From Verrucomicrobiia bacterium (GTDB lineage: Bacteria > Verrucomicrobiota > Verrucomicrobiia > Limisphaerales > DASXHY01), in NCBI GenBank assembly GCA_035765675.1, contig DASTXC010000082.1:9851-73850 (forward strand): DNA of 64,000 nucleotides, in the 5' to 3' direction. The notes below the pieces were generated by a model. It ran no database searches, had not been told where the DNA came from, and was given only the letters and a program-made list of their open reading frames with translations. Below, in pieces: positions 40,520 through 49,534 of this stretch. A program made the position numbers and the translations under genes. The number at the start of each line of letters is the position of its first letter. The first letter of the stretch is position 1.

Positions 40520-43500
40520 ATGACAGTTCGAACTACAATTTTAAGTCTGGCGGTTTGTTTCGTCTTTGCGAGCGCGGACGCTGAGTTGTCGGATTTGCAA
40601 AAGAACTTTGCGACGCCACCGGATGCGACGAAGCCGCGCTGCTATTGGTATTGGATGGATGGCAACGTCACGACGAACGGTATCACCAAAGATTTGGAAG
40701 CGATGCGCCGCGTCGGCATTGGTGAGGCGTACATCGGAATCATCGCCGATCAAAGCCGCTTGGTGCCGGGCAACGTCAAAGCGCTGACTGAACCGTTCTG
40801 GGAAACGATGACGCACGCGATTCGTGAAGGCACCCGGCTGGGCGTGGACATTGGCGTTTTCAATTCACCGGGCTGGAGCCAATCCGGCGGGCCGTGGGTG
40901 AAACCGGAACAGGCGATGCGCTATTTGGTTCTTCCCGAAGTCCGCGTTCATGGTCCGCAAAAATTTTCCGAAAAGCTTCCGCAGCCCGATGGCTTTTTCC
41001 AGGACGTCGCGGTGCTGGCATATCCCGCGCCGAAAGACGATTTAGATTCCGCGGCTTCGTCCGGCGGAACGGTTTCGCGACAGCCCGGTTTCGTGATGAT
41101 TGAGTTTCCGCATTTGTACACCGCGCGCAGTCTGACTGTCGTTCCGTCCAAACGCCTGAATGTCGGCGCTGAACTCGAGGCTTCGAACGATGGCGTCACG
41201 TTCCACTCGATTCGAAAATTCAACATCGATCGGCACAATCTCGGAATCGAAGTCGGCCCCGTGCCGCTTGCTCCAGTGGTGATCGCCTTTCCAGCGACGA
41301 CCGCGCGCGTGTTTCGATTGAAGCTTTCCAGCGATGAAAACATCGGCGAGGTGAAGTTGTCGGGCGCAGCTCGCGTGGACAGCATTGCGGAAAAATCGCT
41401 GGCCAAAGTTTTTCAGGATCCGCTTCCGCCATTCGATTTCTACACCTGGCCGCGACAGGCTGAGCCGGATTCGAAAGACTTCGTGATCGCGCCGGAGTCC
41501 GTGCAAAACCTCAGCCAGCATCTCGGCGCGGACGGTACGCTCGAGTGGGAAGTGCCGGCCGGCGATTGGATCATTCAGCGCATTGGCATGGCTCCGACCG
41601 GAACGAAGAACAGTCCCGCGCCCGTTGAAGCCACGGGATTGGAAATCGATAAGATGAATCGCGACGCGTTGAAGTCACACTTCGACGCGTACATCGGTGA
41701 ATTGCTGAACCGTGTTTCAAAGGCGGAACGCAAATCGTGGAAGCACGTGGTCGCCGACAGTTACGAACGCGGTTCGGAAAACTGGACCGATGGCTTTGCG
41801 GTGCTGTTTCAAAAGCGTTACGGCTACGATCCAATTCCTTATCTTCCCGTGTTGAGCGGGCGAATGGTGGGTGGCGCGGAAAAATCAAATCGCTTCCTTT
41901 GGGACTTGCGTCGGCTAGTGGCGGATCGCGTGGCGATTGATTACGTCGGCGGCCTGCGTGATTTGTGTCACGAACACGGTTTGAAAATGTGGCTGGAGAA
42001 TTACGGTCATTGGGGTTTTCCCAGCGAGTTTCTCCTCTACGGCGGGAACGCCGATGAAGTCAGCGGCGAATTCTGGGAAAGCGGAAGTCTGGGCAGCGTG
42101 GAACTGCGCGACGCCGCTTCCGCGGCTCACATCTACGGCAAGCGCCAGGTGTTCGCGGAAGCCTGGACCGGCGGCCCGATGGATTTGAGCACGCCGTGGA
42201 GTTTGAAGAAACGCGGCGATTGGGCAATGTGCCAGGGCATCAATCAATTCGTGCTGCACGTTTACATTCATCAGCCCTGGGACGATCGGTTGCCGGGAAT
42301 CAATGCCGCGTTCGGAACCGAGTTCAATCGCAACAACACCTGGTTCGAAATGTCGCAAAGCTGGATCGATTATCTGCGTCGATGCAGCGTGCTGTTGCAG
42401 GCGGGAGTTCACGTGGCGGACGTCGCGTATTTCATTGGCGAAGACGCGCCGAAAATGACGGGACTTTGCCAACCGGAACTGCCGCCGGGCTACGATTACG
42501 ATTTCATCAACGCGGATGTCTTGCTTCATCGCGCGAAGGTTGAATCCGGGCGGCTCGTATTGCCTGACGGAATGAGTTATCGGCTCCTGGTTTTGCCGCC
42601 GTCCGAAACGATGCGGCCCGAGACGCTGGCGAAAATCAAATCATTCGTGGATGACGGATTGACCGTGCTTGGGCAGTTGCCGTCGCGTTCGCCCAGTCTG
42701 GAAAATTTTCCCGAATGCGATGCGGCGGTGCGAAAGCTCAGCGCTGAATTGAAAGATCACGTTCGTTCCGATGCTGATATTAAAGCCGCGCTCGGTGTTC
42801 CGCCGGACATTGCTGGAATCAATCCCGCGCAGATTCTCTACATCCATCGGCGCGACGGCGACACCGATCTGTATTTCCTTTCCAATCAAACTGACGCGCC
42901 GGTGCAACTGATGCCGGCGTTTCGCGTCACCGGCAAAGTGGCCGAACTGTGGCATCCGGAAAGCGGTTCCAGCGAACGTGTAATCGGGGAAGCGAGCGGC
43001 GCGGTGACGCGAGTGCCGATGCAATTGGGCGCGCGCGGTTCGGTCTTCGTGGTCTTTCGCGAACCTTCGCGCGGCGATGAATCGATCCTAAGTTTCACGC
43101 GCGATGGCCAATCGGTGATTCCGATTCTGCCGAAACTTCCCGCGATCAAGATCCAGAAAGCGAGCTACGGCGTTCCCGGCGATGCGTCTCGGATCCGCGA
43201 TGTCCGGGCATTGCTGGAGACGCAGGTCAACCAGGGCGCGGTCGATTTTCCGGTCGGCTCGCTGGCATCCAGTGGCGATCCCGCGTACGGCATCATCAAA
43301 ACGCTTTCCGTCAATTACACCGTCGATGGCAAACCCGCCACCATCAGCAGACGCGACACCGATACGATTCATTTTGTGGCGCCCTTCAAGACTGTGAAAT
43401 GCGTCGCGAAACTTCGAAGCGATTCCAATGGACGCTTGAATCTGGTGGCGTTGCAACCGGGGAAATATGAATTGAAAACGGCCAGTGAACAGACGAGTCG

Positions 43501-44053
43501 GGTGGTTGTTTCGACCGTTCCCGTGCCGATGAAAATTTCCGGACCGTGGAGCGTCAGCTTTCCTCTGGGCTGGGGCGCACCGGAGAAAATTACGCTGGAG
43601 AAACTGGTGTCGTTGACTGAATCCACTAATGCGGGAGTGAAATTCTTTTCCGGCACGGCGACCTACACCAAAACGTTTGACTGGCATCCGACCGCGAACA
43701 TCGCAAATCAAAAAACCGAACACTGGCTGGAGTTGGGCGACGTGCAAGTCGTCGCGCGCGTGAAACTGAACGGGCGCGATCTCGGAACTGTCTGGCAACC
43801 GCCGTTCCGCGTCAACGTCAGCGGCGCGTTGAAAGCCGGCGCCAACACACTGGAAATTCAGGTCGCGAATCTCTGGCGCAATCGCATGATCGGCGATGCG
43901 GCGTTGCCCGCCGCGAAGCGATTCACCTGGAGTTCGTCGGCGCAATTTTCGCCGGACACGCCGCTGCCTAAATCTGGTTTGATCGGGCCGGTGACGATTC
44001 ACACGGCGGCCGTTGTTCCCCTGGCTTCCGAAGAATTGAGCCGCGCGCAATGA
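40520..44053 (+). CDS. large glycoside hydrolase, GH106-like (putative alpha-L-rhamnosidase family), paralog 1
   Basis: Signal MTVRTTILSLAVCFVFASADA. N-terminal FATPPDATKPRCYWYWMDGNVTTNGITKDLEAMRRVGIGEAYIG is the pattern I associate with Glyco_hydro_106 / BT0986-like enzymes. C-terminal galactose-binding-like domain YFSGTATYTKTFDW..WLELGDVQVVARVKLNGRDLGTVWQPPFRVNVSGALKAGANTLEIQVANLWRNRMIGD. The family call is from memory. Confidence 0.7.
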   Translation: MTVRTTILSLAVCFVFASADAELSDLQKNFATPPDATKPRCYWYWMDGNVTTNGITKDLEAMRRVGIGEAYIGIIADQSRLVPGNVKALTEPFWETMTHAIREGTRLGVDIGVFNSPGWSQSGGPWVKPEQAMRYLVLPEVRVHGPQKFSEKLPQPDGFFQDVAVLAYPAPKDDLDSAASSGGTVSRQPGFVMIEFPHLYTARSLTVVPSKRLNVGAELEASNDGVTFHSIRKFNIDRHNLGIEVGPVPLAPVVIAFPATTARVFRLKLSSDENIGEVKLSGAARVDSIAEKSLAKVFQDPLPPFDFYTWPRQAEPDSKDFVIAPESVQNLSQHLGADGTLEWEVPAGDWIIQRIGMAPTGTKNSPAPVEATGLEIDKMNRDALKSHFDAYIGELLNRVSKAERKSWKHVVADSYERGSENWTDGFAVLFQKRYGYDPIPYLPVLSGRMVGGAEKSNRFLWDLRRLVADRVAIDYVGGLRDLCHEHGLKMWLENYGHWGFPSEFLLYGGNADEVSGEFWESGSLGSVELRDAASAAHIYGKRQVFAEAWTGGPMDLSTPWSLKKRGDWAMCQGINQFVLHVYIHQPWDDRLPGINAAFGTEFNRNNTWFEMSQSWIDYLRRCSVLLQAGVHVADVAYFIGEDAPKMTGLCQPELPPGYDYDFINADVLLHRAKVESGRLVLPDGMSYRLLVLPPSETMRPETLAKIKSFVDDGLTVLGQLPSRSPSLENFPECDAAVRKLSAELKDHVRSDADIKAALGVPPDIAGINPAQILYIHRRDGDTDLYFLSNQTDAPVQLMPAFRVTGKVAELWHPESGSSERVIGEASGAVTRVPMQLGARGSVFVVFREPSRGDESILSFTRDGQSVIPILPKLPAIKIQKASYGVPGDASRIRDVRALLETQVNQGAVDFPVGSLASSGDPAYGIIKTLSVNYTVDGKPATISRRDTDTIHFVAPFKTVKCVAKLRSDSNGRLNLVALQPGKYELKTASEQTSRVVVSTVPVPMKISGPWSVSFPLGWGAPEKITLEKLVSLTESTNAGVKFFSGTATYTKTFDWHPTANIANQKTEHWLELGDVQVVARVKLNGRDLGTVWQPPFRVNVSGALKAGANTLEIQVANLWRNRMIGDAALPAAKRFTWSSSAQFSPDTPLPKSGLIGPVTIHTAAVVPLASEELSRAQ

Positions 44054-44063
44054 GTTGAAACCG

Positions 44064-47000
44064 ATGGACCACTCCGAAAATTTTCGCCGCGCAAATCGGC
44101 TCGCCAGATTCTCGAGCACACGATGCTTGATGATGTTGCTCGTGGCGTTTTGCTCGGGACGCGTGTTGGCCGTTGATGATCTGGCGAAGCAATTCGTCAA
44201 TCCGCCGGACTCCGCCAAGCCATGGGTTTACTGGTATTTCATGGATGGAAATCTCAACCGCATCGGAATGAAGGCGGATTTGGAAGCCATGAAAAAAGGG
44301 GGAATTGGCGGTGCAATTTTTTTGGAGGTCAACATTGGCGTGCCGCGCGGGCCGGTTGATTTCATGAGTCCGGAATGGGTGGATCTGGTCGCGGACGCGG
44401 TGCATGAAGCGGATCGATTGAACATTCAGATCGCGCTGGGAACCGGGCCCGGCTGGTGTGGCTCCGGCGGGCCGTGGATTACTCCGGAACTCGCGATGCA
44501 GCATCTCGTCAGCAGCGCGACCAACATCGTCGGGCCGCTTAATTTTTCGGCGGAGTTGCCGCAACCCGCTCCCCGCGAGCCCTATTTCGGTGAAGGCACG
44601 TTGACGCCTGCTTTGAAAAAGGAATGGCGAAATTTCTATCGCGATACCGCGGTGCTGGCGTTTCGCACGCCGAAGATCACCAATCGAATTTCCGACGTAA
44701 ATGAGAAGGCGCTTTATTTCCGCGCGCCTTTCACTTCGCATCAGGGTGTTCGGCCATTTTTTCCGACGCGGGTTGATTATCCTGAAACGGCGTCCACCGA
44801 CTGCATCCAAGCGGAGGACATTCTCGATCTCACGAAATATTCGGCGAACGGTCATCTCAATTGGCAAGCGCCGCCGGGCGATTGGACGATCATGCGCTTT
44901 GGCCGCACGCTTACCGGCCAGACCACGCGGCCCGCACCCGATCCGGGTTTGGGATTTGAGAGCGATAAATTTGACCGGGCCGCGCTCAAGGCGCAATGCG
45001 CCGGATACGTGGACAAGTTGCTGGCGAAAATCGGTCCGCGCACCAATTCCCACGGTGGATTGACGATGCTGCATTTCGACAGTTGGGAAATGAGTTCGCA
45101 GAATTGGTCGCCGGGCTTTCGCGAGGAATTTAAAAAACGCCGCGGCTACGATCCGCTGAAATTCCTGCCGGTGTTCTCCGGAAGAATCGTCGGCAGCGAA
45201 GAAATTTCCGAACGCTTTCTTTGGGATTTGCGCCGCACCGCGCAGGAACTCGTGGTGGAGAATCACGTCGGGTATTTCAAGGAATTCGCGCACGCAAATG
45301 GATTGGCATTTTCCGTCGAGCCTTACGACTTGAATCCAGCGGGCGACCTGACGCTCGGCCGCGTGGCCGATGTGCCGCAATGCGAGTTTTGGAATCTTGG
45401 TTTCGACACCGTTTATAGCGTCATCGAAGCGGCCTCGATCGCGCACACCTGCGGCCGCAGCGTCGTCGCGGCGGAAGCGTTCACCAGCAATCCGGGCGAA
45501 GATTGGAAAGCGCATCCGGCGACTTTGAAGGCGCAAGGCGACTGGGCATTTTGCGCGGGCGTGAACCGTTTTGATTTTCATCGCTTCCAGGCGCAACCGT
45601 GGACGAATCGCTGGCCGGGAATGACGATGGCCGCGTATGGCGTTCATTGGGATCGTACGCAGACGTGGTGGGAAATGGTTCCCGCGTATCACGAATATCT
45701 CGCGCGCTGCCAGTTTCTGCTGCAACGCGGCGTCACGGTGGCGGATGTTTGCTTTCTCGCAAGCGAAGGCGCGCCGCAGGTTTTCTGTCCGCCGCCGTCC
45801 GCGATGACCGGCAATCCACCGGATCACGGCGGCTACAACTTTGATGGTTGCGCACCGGAAACGCTGTTGGAACGCGCGGAGGTGAAGGACGGGCAAATCA
45901 TTTTCCCCGGTGGAACGAGCTATCGCGTTCTTGTGTTGCCGGAGCGGCGAACGATGACGCCCGAATTGCTCCAGAAAATCGAATCGCTCGTGCGCGCTGG
46001 CGCCACGGTGTCTGGGCCGCCGCCGAAAAAATCACCGAGCCTGAAGGATTATCCGGAATGTGATTCAACGGTCGGGAAACTGGCGCGCGAAATCTGGGCT
46101 GATTGCGATGGCAAAACTGTTTTCTCGCATGCGTTCGGAAAAGGCCGCGTGATCTGGCGGCAAACTGAAATCGCCCCCGAAGTGGAATACGGAGATTTCG
46201 CGGCGATCACGAATGAGCTGAGTGGAATGGGCGTTGCGCCTGACTTCATGTCGGAGGGGCCGATTCGTTTCACGCATCGTCGCGATGGCGACACAGAAAT
46301 CTATTTCCTCGCGAATCGCGATGCGCGTGTGGTGGAAACGACGTGCGATTTTCGTGTGGCCGATAATCGCCAGCCGGAACTCTGGAATCCCGAGACGGGC
46401 GAAATCACTCCGCTGATTCTTTATACGAAAACAGCGTCGGGAATTTCCGCGCGCCTGCGTTTTGAACCGAACGGTTCGGTGTTCGTGATCTTCAATTCAA
46501 ATGGAAAACGTTTTGATCCGATCGTGAGTTTTGAGCGCGATGGAAAACCGGTGCTGACGCCAACCCAACCGCCGGTTGTGAAAATTCAAAGCGCCACGTT
46601 TGGCGTTCCCGGCGATTCGGCGCGCACATGCGATGTGCAGGCCGAGTTGCAGCGCATGGTGAATCGCGGCGCCACCAGCGTTCAAATCGGCAAATTGGTC
46701 GAGAGCGGCGATCCGGCTTACGGCGTCATCAAAACGCTGACAGTCGCATACACAATTGACGGGCAGCCGTTTCAGATCAGCGGCAGCGAGCCGGAATCAA
46801 TGGATCTGCTGACGCAATTCGTGGTTCCAGATCGCGCGGCGGAGATCCGTTGTGATTCCGCGGGACGGCTCAGTCTCGCGGCTTCGCAGCCGGGGGAATA
46901 CGAATTGAAAACGGCGAGCGGTAAAACGCGTCGTGTTGAAATTGCGAACGTGCCGGCGGCTTTGGAATTGAAGGGAGATTGGGATGTGAGCTTTCCGCCG

Positions 47001-47471
47001 AAGTGGGGCGCGCCGGAGAAAATCACTTTGGAGGAGCTCACGTCGTTGAGTGATTCCACGAATGCCGGAGTGAAATATTTTTCCGGCATTGCGACTTACA
47101 CGAAAATCTTCGACTGGAAACCCGCCGCAGAAACTGCGGGGAACAAATCAGAACACTGGCTTGATCTGGGCGACGTGCAGGTGATGGCGCAGGTGAAATT
47201 GAATGGCCACGACCTGGGCACGTTTTGGAAACGCCCGTTCCGCGTCAATCTTACCGAGGCGCTGAAATCCGGTCGCAACACGCTGGAAGTTCGCGTGGCG
47301 AATCTCTGGCCGAATCGCATGATTGGCGATTCCGCTCTGCCGGAAAGCGAACGGTTCACCTGGAGTTCATATCAACCCTTCACGAAAGATTCGCCGCTGC
47401 CGAAGTCTGGTTTGTTGGGCCCGGTGATAATTCACACCCGGGAAATAGTTCAATTGCCTTTACACGAATGA
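44064..47471 (+). CDS. large glycoside hydrolase, GH106-like, paralog 2
   Basis: FVNPPDSAKPWVYWYFMDGNLNRIGMKADLEAMKKGGIGGAIFLEVN.. It is co-linear with paralog 1 throughout, including the C-terminal ..VKLNGHDLGTFWKRPFRVNLTEALKSGRNTLEVRVANLWPNRMIGD. The ATG at 44064 lies 10 nt after the upstream stop; the track start is a TTG at 44055. Confidence 0.7.
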   Translation: MDHSENFRRANRLARFSSTRCLMMLLVAFCSGRVLAVDDLAKQFVNPPDSAKPWVYWYFMDGNLNRIGMKADLEAMKKGGIGGAIFLEVNIGVPRGPVDFMSPEWVDLVADAVHEADRLNIQIALGTGPGWCGSGGPWITPELAMQHLVSSATNIVGPLNFSAELPQPAPREPYFGEGTLTPALKKEWRNFYRDTAVLAFRTPKITNRISDVNEKALYFRAPFTSHQGVRPFFPTRVDYPETASTDCIQAEDILDLTKYSANGHLNWQAPPGDWTIMRFGRTLTGQTTRPAPDPGLGFESDKFDRAALKAQCAGYVDKLLAKIGPRTNSHGGLTMLHFDSWEMSSQNWSPGFREEFKKRRGYDPLKFLPVFSGRIVGSEEISERFLWDLRRTAQELVVENHVGYFKEFAHANGLAFSVEPYDLNPAGDLTLGRVADVPQCEFWNLGFDTVYSVIEAASIAHTCGRSVVAAEAFTSNPGEDWKAHPATLKAQGDWAFCAGVNRFDFHRFQAQPWTNRWPGMTMAAYGVHWDRTQTWWEMVPAYHEYLARCQFLLQRGVTVADVCFLASEGAPQVFCPPPSAMTGNPPDHGGYNFDGCAPETLLERAEVKDGQIIFPGGTSYRVLVLPERRTMTPELLQKIESLVRAGATVSGPPPKKSPSLKDYPECDSTVGKLAREIWADCDGKTVFSHAFGKGRVIWRQTEIAPEVEYGDFAAITNELSGMGVAPDFMSEGPIRFTHRRDGDTEIYFLANRDARVVETTCDFRVADNRQPELWNPETGEITPLILYTKTASGISARLRFEPNGSVFVIFNSNGKRFDPIVSFERDGKPVLTPTQPPVVKIQSATFGVPGDSARTCDVQAELQRMVNRGATSVQIGKLVESGDPAYGVIKTLTVAYTIDGQPFQISGSEPESMDLLTQFVVPDRAAEIRCDSAGRLSLAASQPGEYELKTASGKTRRVEIANVPAALELKGDWDVSFPPKWGAPEKITLEELTSLSDSTNAGVKYFSGIATYTKIFDWKPAAETAGNKSEHWLDLGDVQVMAQVKLNGHDLGTFWKRPFRVNLTEALKSGRNTLEVRVANLWPNRMIGDSALPESERFTWSSYQPFTKDSPLPKSGLLGPVIIHTREIVQLPLHE

Positions 47472-49534
47472 TCACCGCTCACATATCGGGTTCTGATTCC
47501 ATTGAGCCACAGGCTCAACGCTACACTTGTAATGTCGAGGCTGGGTCTCGACCTCAATCATCTGCCGCAAAACTGTTTTGTCGTGCGCGCTTTGTGCTTT
47601 TTCTGCTCATCGCCCTTGTGATGCCGCGAATCTCGGCGGCCACGACCGCGATGATTTTCTGCAATGGGGATATGGGCAGCGTGAATGGTTTGACGGCGTC
47701 GCAGATCAATGGGTTGAGAGCTTCGGGAATGACAACGATAGTGGTGTTCACAATGGGCGTCGCGGCCAACGGCGATTTCACGTACGGCGGGGTCATTTGC
47801 AGCAATGGTGTTTATGTCGGGCCTTCAAACTGGGGCGCGCTGCTCAATCAATGTCGCGTCAAACCCTCGAGCGTCACGCGCATTGAAATGTGCATTGGCG
47901 CATGGGGTGATTCGAGCTGGACGCATATCAAGGATCGGATCGCGGCGGACGGAACGAACTCCAACACCGTTCTCTACAAAAATCTGCTGGCGTTGAAAAA
48001 CGCGCTGGGAATTGACGCGATCTGCAACGACGACGAATCCGCGTATCACTCCGCGTCCGCCATTCAGTTCGGCAAAATGTGCGGAGCGGTGGGCTTGAAA
48101 CTGACGCTGTGTCCTTACACCCGGCCGACCTACTGGCAGGCGGTCAAAGCGGGCCTGGGCGACATCTGCGACGCGGTTTATCTGCAATGTTACGACGGCG
48201 GCGCGGGGAACAATCCAGCCACCTGGAACACTTACTTCGGCGGTTTGAAAGTCATTCCCGGTTATTGGGATTGGGAACGGGACACAACTTTTCTGACGAA
48301 AATGCAGGCCGGGAAAAACGCCGGTTGCACGGGCGGATTTTATTGGCCGTCCTGCACGGGCTGCAATCCGCCGGCGGATGCCAACGGCATGAAGCAGTAC
48401 GCCGATTGGATCCTCAAGACATTCAATCCTACGGTGACGCCGGCAACGGCTTCAGAGGTTGTGGGTGGCGAGGCGTCTTTCACTGTGGATTTCAGCGGTG
48501 AGGACTGGAGTTATCAATGGAAGGTGGTTCGTGGCGGAATGACGAATGATATTCCTGGCGCGACCACGAACCGGGTGACGCTGGCAAATCTGCAACTGAC
48601 CAACACCGCATCGTATTTTGCGGTGCTTTCGAATGCCACTGGAGTTTCCGTGAGCAGCGCGGGTTCGCTCACCGTTTCCAGTCTGCCGGCCGCGGTGAAC
48701 GGCGTGATTGCTTCCTTTGCAGCGCAAACCGGTTTGGGAAGTGTCGCGACGAATTTTGTTCCCACCTGGAACGTGCGCCCGGGCAGTTTGATCGCAGGCC
48801 AACTGCCGAACACGGTTGGCTCTGGAAATTTTGGTTTTTATGGCGCCAGCGGTGCGCTTTCGGTGCTGACCGATAACAGCTTCGGTTGGTTGAATTTCTG
48901 GCCGAACGTGGGCGGCAGTCCCAGTGAAGTTACCTGCGGCACGGTATCCGGCGGCGCGGGGCAATTCGTGACTTATCACCTCGGCGGTTCGGACAACGGT
49001 TATACTCTGACGAACATTATGGTTTACGGCGGCTGGGGCGATGCGGGCCGGGATCAACAGGCGTTCACGATTTATTATTCCACGGTTACATCGCCCGCGA
49101 CATTCCTGCCGTTGAGAAGTGTGAACTTCAATCCGGCGAATCCGCTCGCCGTGCAATCAGCCACGCGAACGACGCTGATGCGATCCAATGGCGCGCTGGC
49201 CACGAATGTCGTCGCGGTGAAATTCGATTTCACGACGCCGCCCGCGGAAAACGGCTATTGCGGTTATTCGGAAATTGCAATCTACGGTTTTCCAACGCTT
49301 CCGCTCGCATTGCCGACAATGCTGAGCGTAAATTTCCAAAGCGGCGACGATTTCATTGTGAACGTGGAAGGCCTGATTGCCGGACGCGGTTATCTCCTGC
49401 AAAGCCGCACCAATCTTTCTTCCGGCGACTGGATCACAGAATGGGAATTTGTTGCCGCGCAGCCCACGATGTCATTGACCAATTCCCTTAATCATTCCGG
49501 AGAGAAATTTTATCGCATCATCGGATTCCAATGA
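47468..49534 (+). CDS. secreted protein E: Cys-rich TIM-barrel-like head, Ig-like domain, unassigned module, C-terminal FYRI domain
   Basis: The ATG at 47468 overlaps the upstream stop (ATGA). The hydrophobic signal-like segment FVLFLLIALVMPRISAATTA begins only ~40 aa in, so the true start is uncertain. The head (about 47641-48430) shows an alternating beta/alpha pattern with 13 Cys and a strand ending GIDAICNDDES. Confidence 0.75.
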   Translation: MITAHISGSDSIEPQAQRYTCNVEAGSRPQSSAAKLFCRARFVLFLLIALVMPRISAATTAMIFCNGDMGSVNGLTASQINGLRASGMTTIVVFTMGVAANGDFTYGGVICSNGVYVGPSNWGALLNQCRVKPSSVTRIEMCIGAWGDSSWTHIKDRIAADGTNSNTVLYKNLLALKNALGIDAICNDDESAYHSASAIQFGKMCGAVGLKLTLCPYTRPTYWQAVKAGLGDICDAVYLQCYDGGAGNNPATWNTYFGGLKVIPGYWDWERDTTFLTKMQAGKNAGCTGGFYWPSCTGCNPPADANGMKQYADWILKTFNPTVTPATASEVVGGEASFTVDFSGEDWSYQWKVVRGGMTNDIPGATTNRVTLANLQLTNTASYFAVLSNATGVSVSSAGSLTVSSLPAAVNGVIASFAAQTGLGSVATNFVPTWNVRPGSLIAGQLPNTVGSGNFGFYGASGALSVLTDNSFGWLNFWPNVGGSPSEVTCGTVSGGAGQFVTYHLGGSDNGYTLTNIMVYGGWGDAGRDQQAFTIYYSTVTSPATFLPLRSVNFNPANPLAVQSATRTTLMRSNGALATNVVAVKFDFTTPPAENGYCGYSEIAIYGFPTLPLALPTMLSVNFQSGDDFIVNVEGLIAGRGYLLQSRTNLSSGDWITEWEFVAAQPTMSLTNSLNHSGEKFYRIIGFQ
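48704..49288 (+). repeat. unassigned module, copy E (subtype Ib)
   Basis: [128 protein letters not shown]. Confidence 0.8.

Noticed and set aside
43968-45896. 642-aa antisense ORF. Similar long shadow ORFs lie at 43088-44218(-), 38204-39154(-), 24632-25891(-), 11290-12570(-), 8648-9736(-), 22225-23322(+), 20722-21612(+), 15925-16347(-) and 18186-18878(-).
   Set aside because: All lie opposite genes with strong family signatures. All have Arg-rich, repetitive, motif-free translations. None has an independent start context or a signal I could recognise.
47225-47467. Upstream extensions of track ORFs: 47225 for protein E, 57630 for the six-hairpin protein, 33417 for the pseudopilin, 29495 for protein A, 10411 and 12794 for the kinases, 9846 for YfiR, 14930 for rpsB, 23255 for nsrR
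   Set aside because: The extensions overlap the preceding gene or intergenic sequence, often begin at GTG or TTG, and are Arg-rich nonsense. Downstream ATGs give proper signal peptides or canonical N-termini. I therefore report the shorter coordinates.
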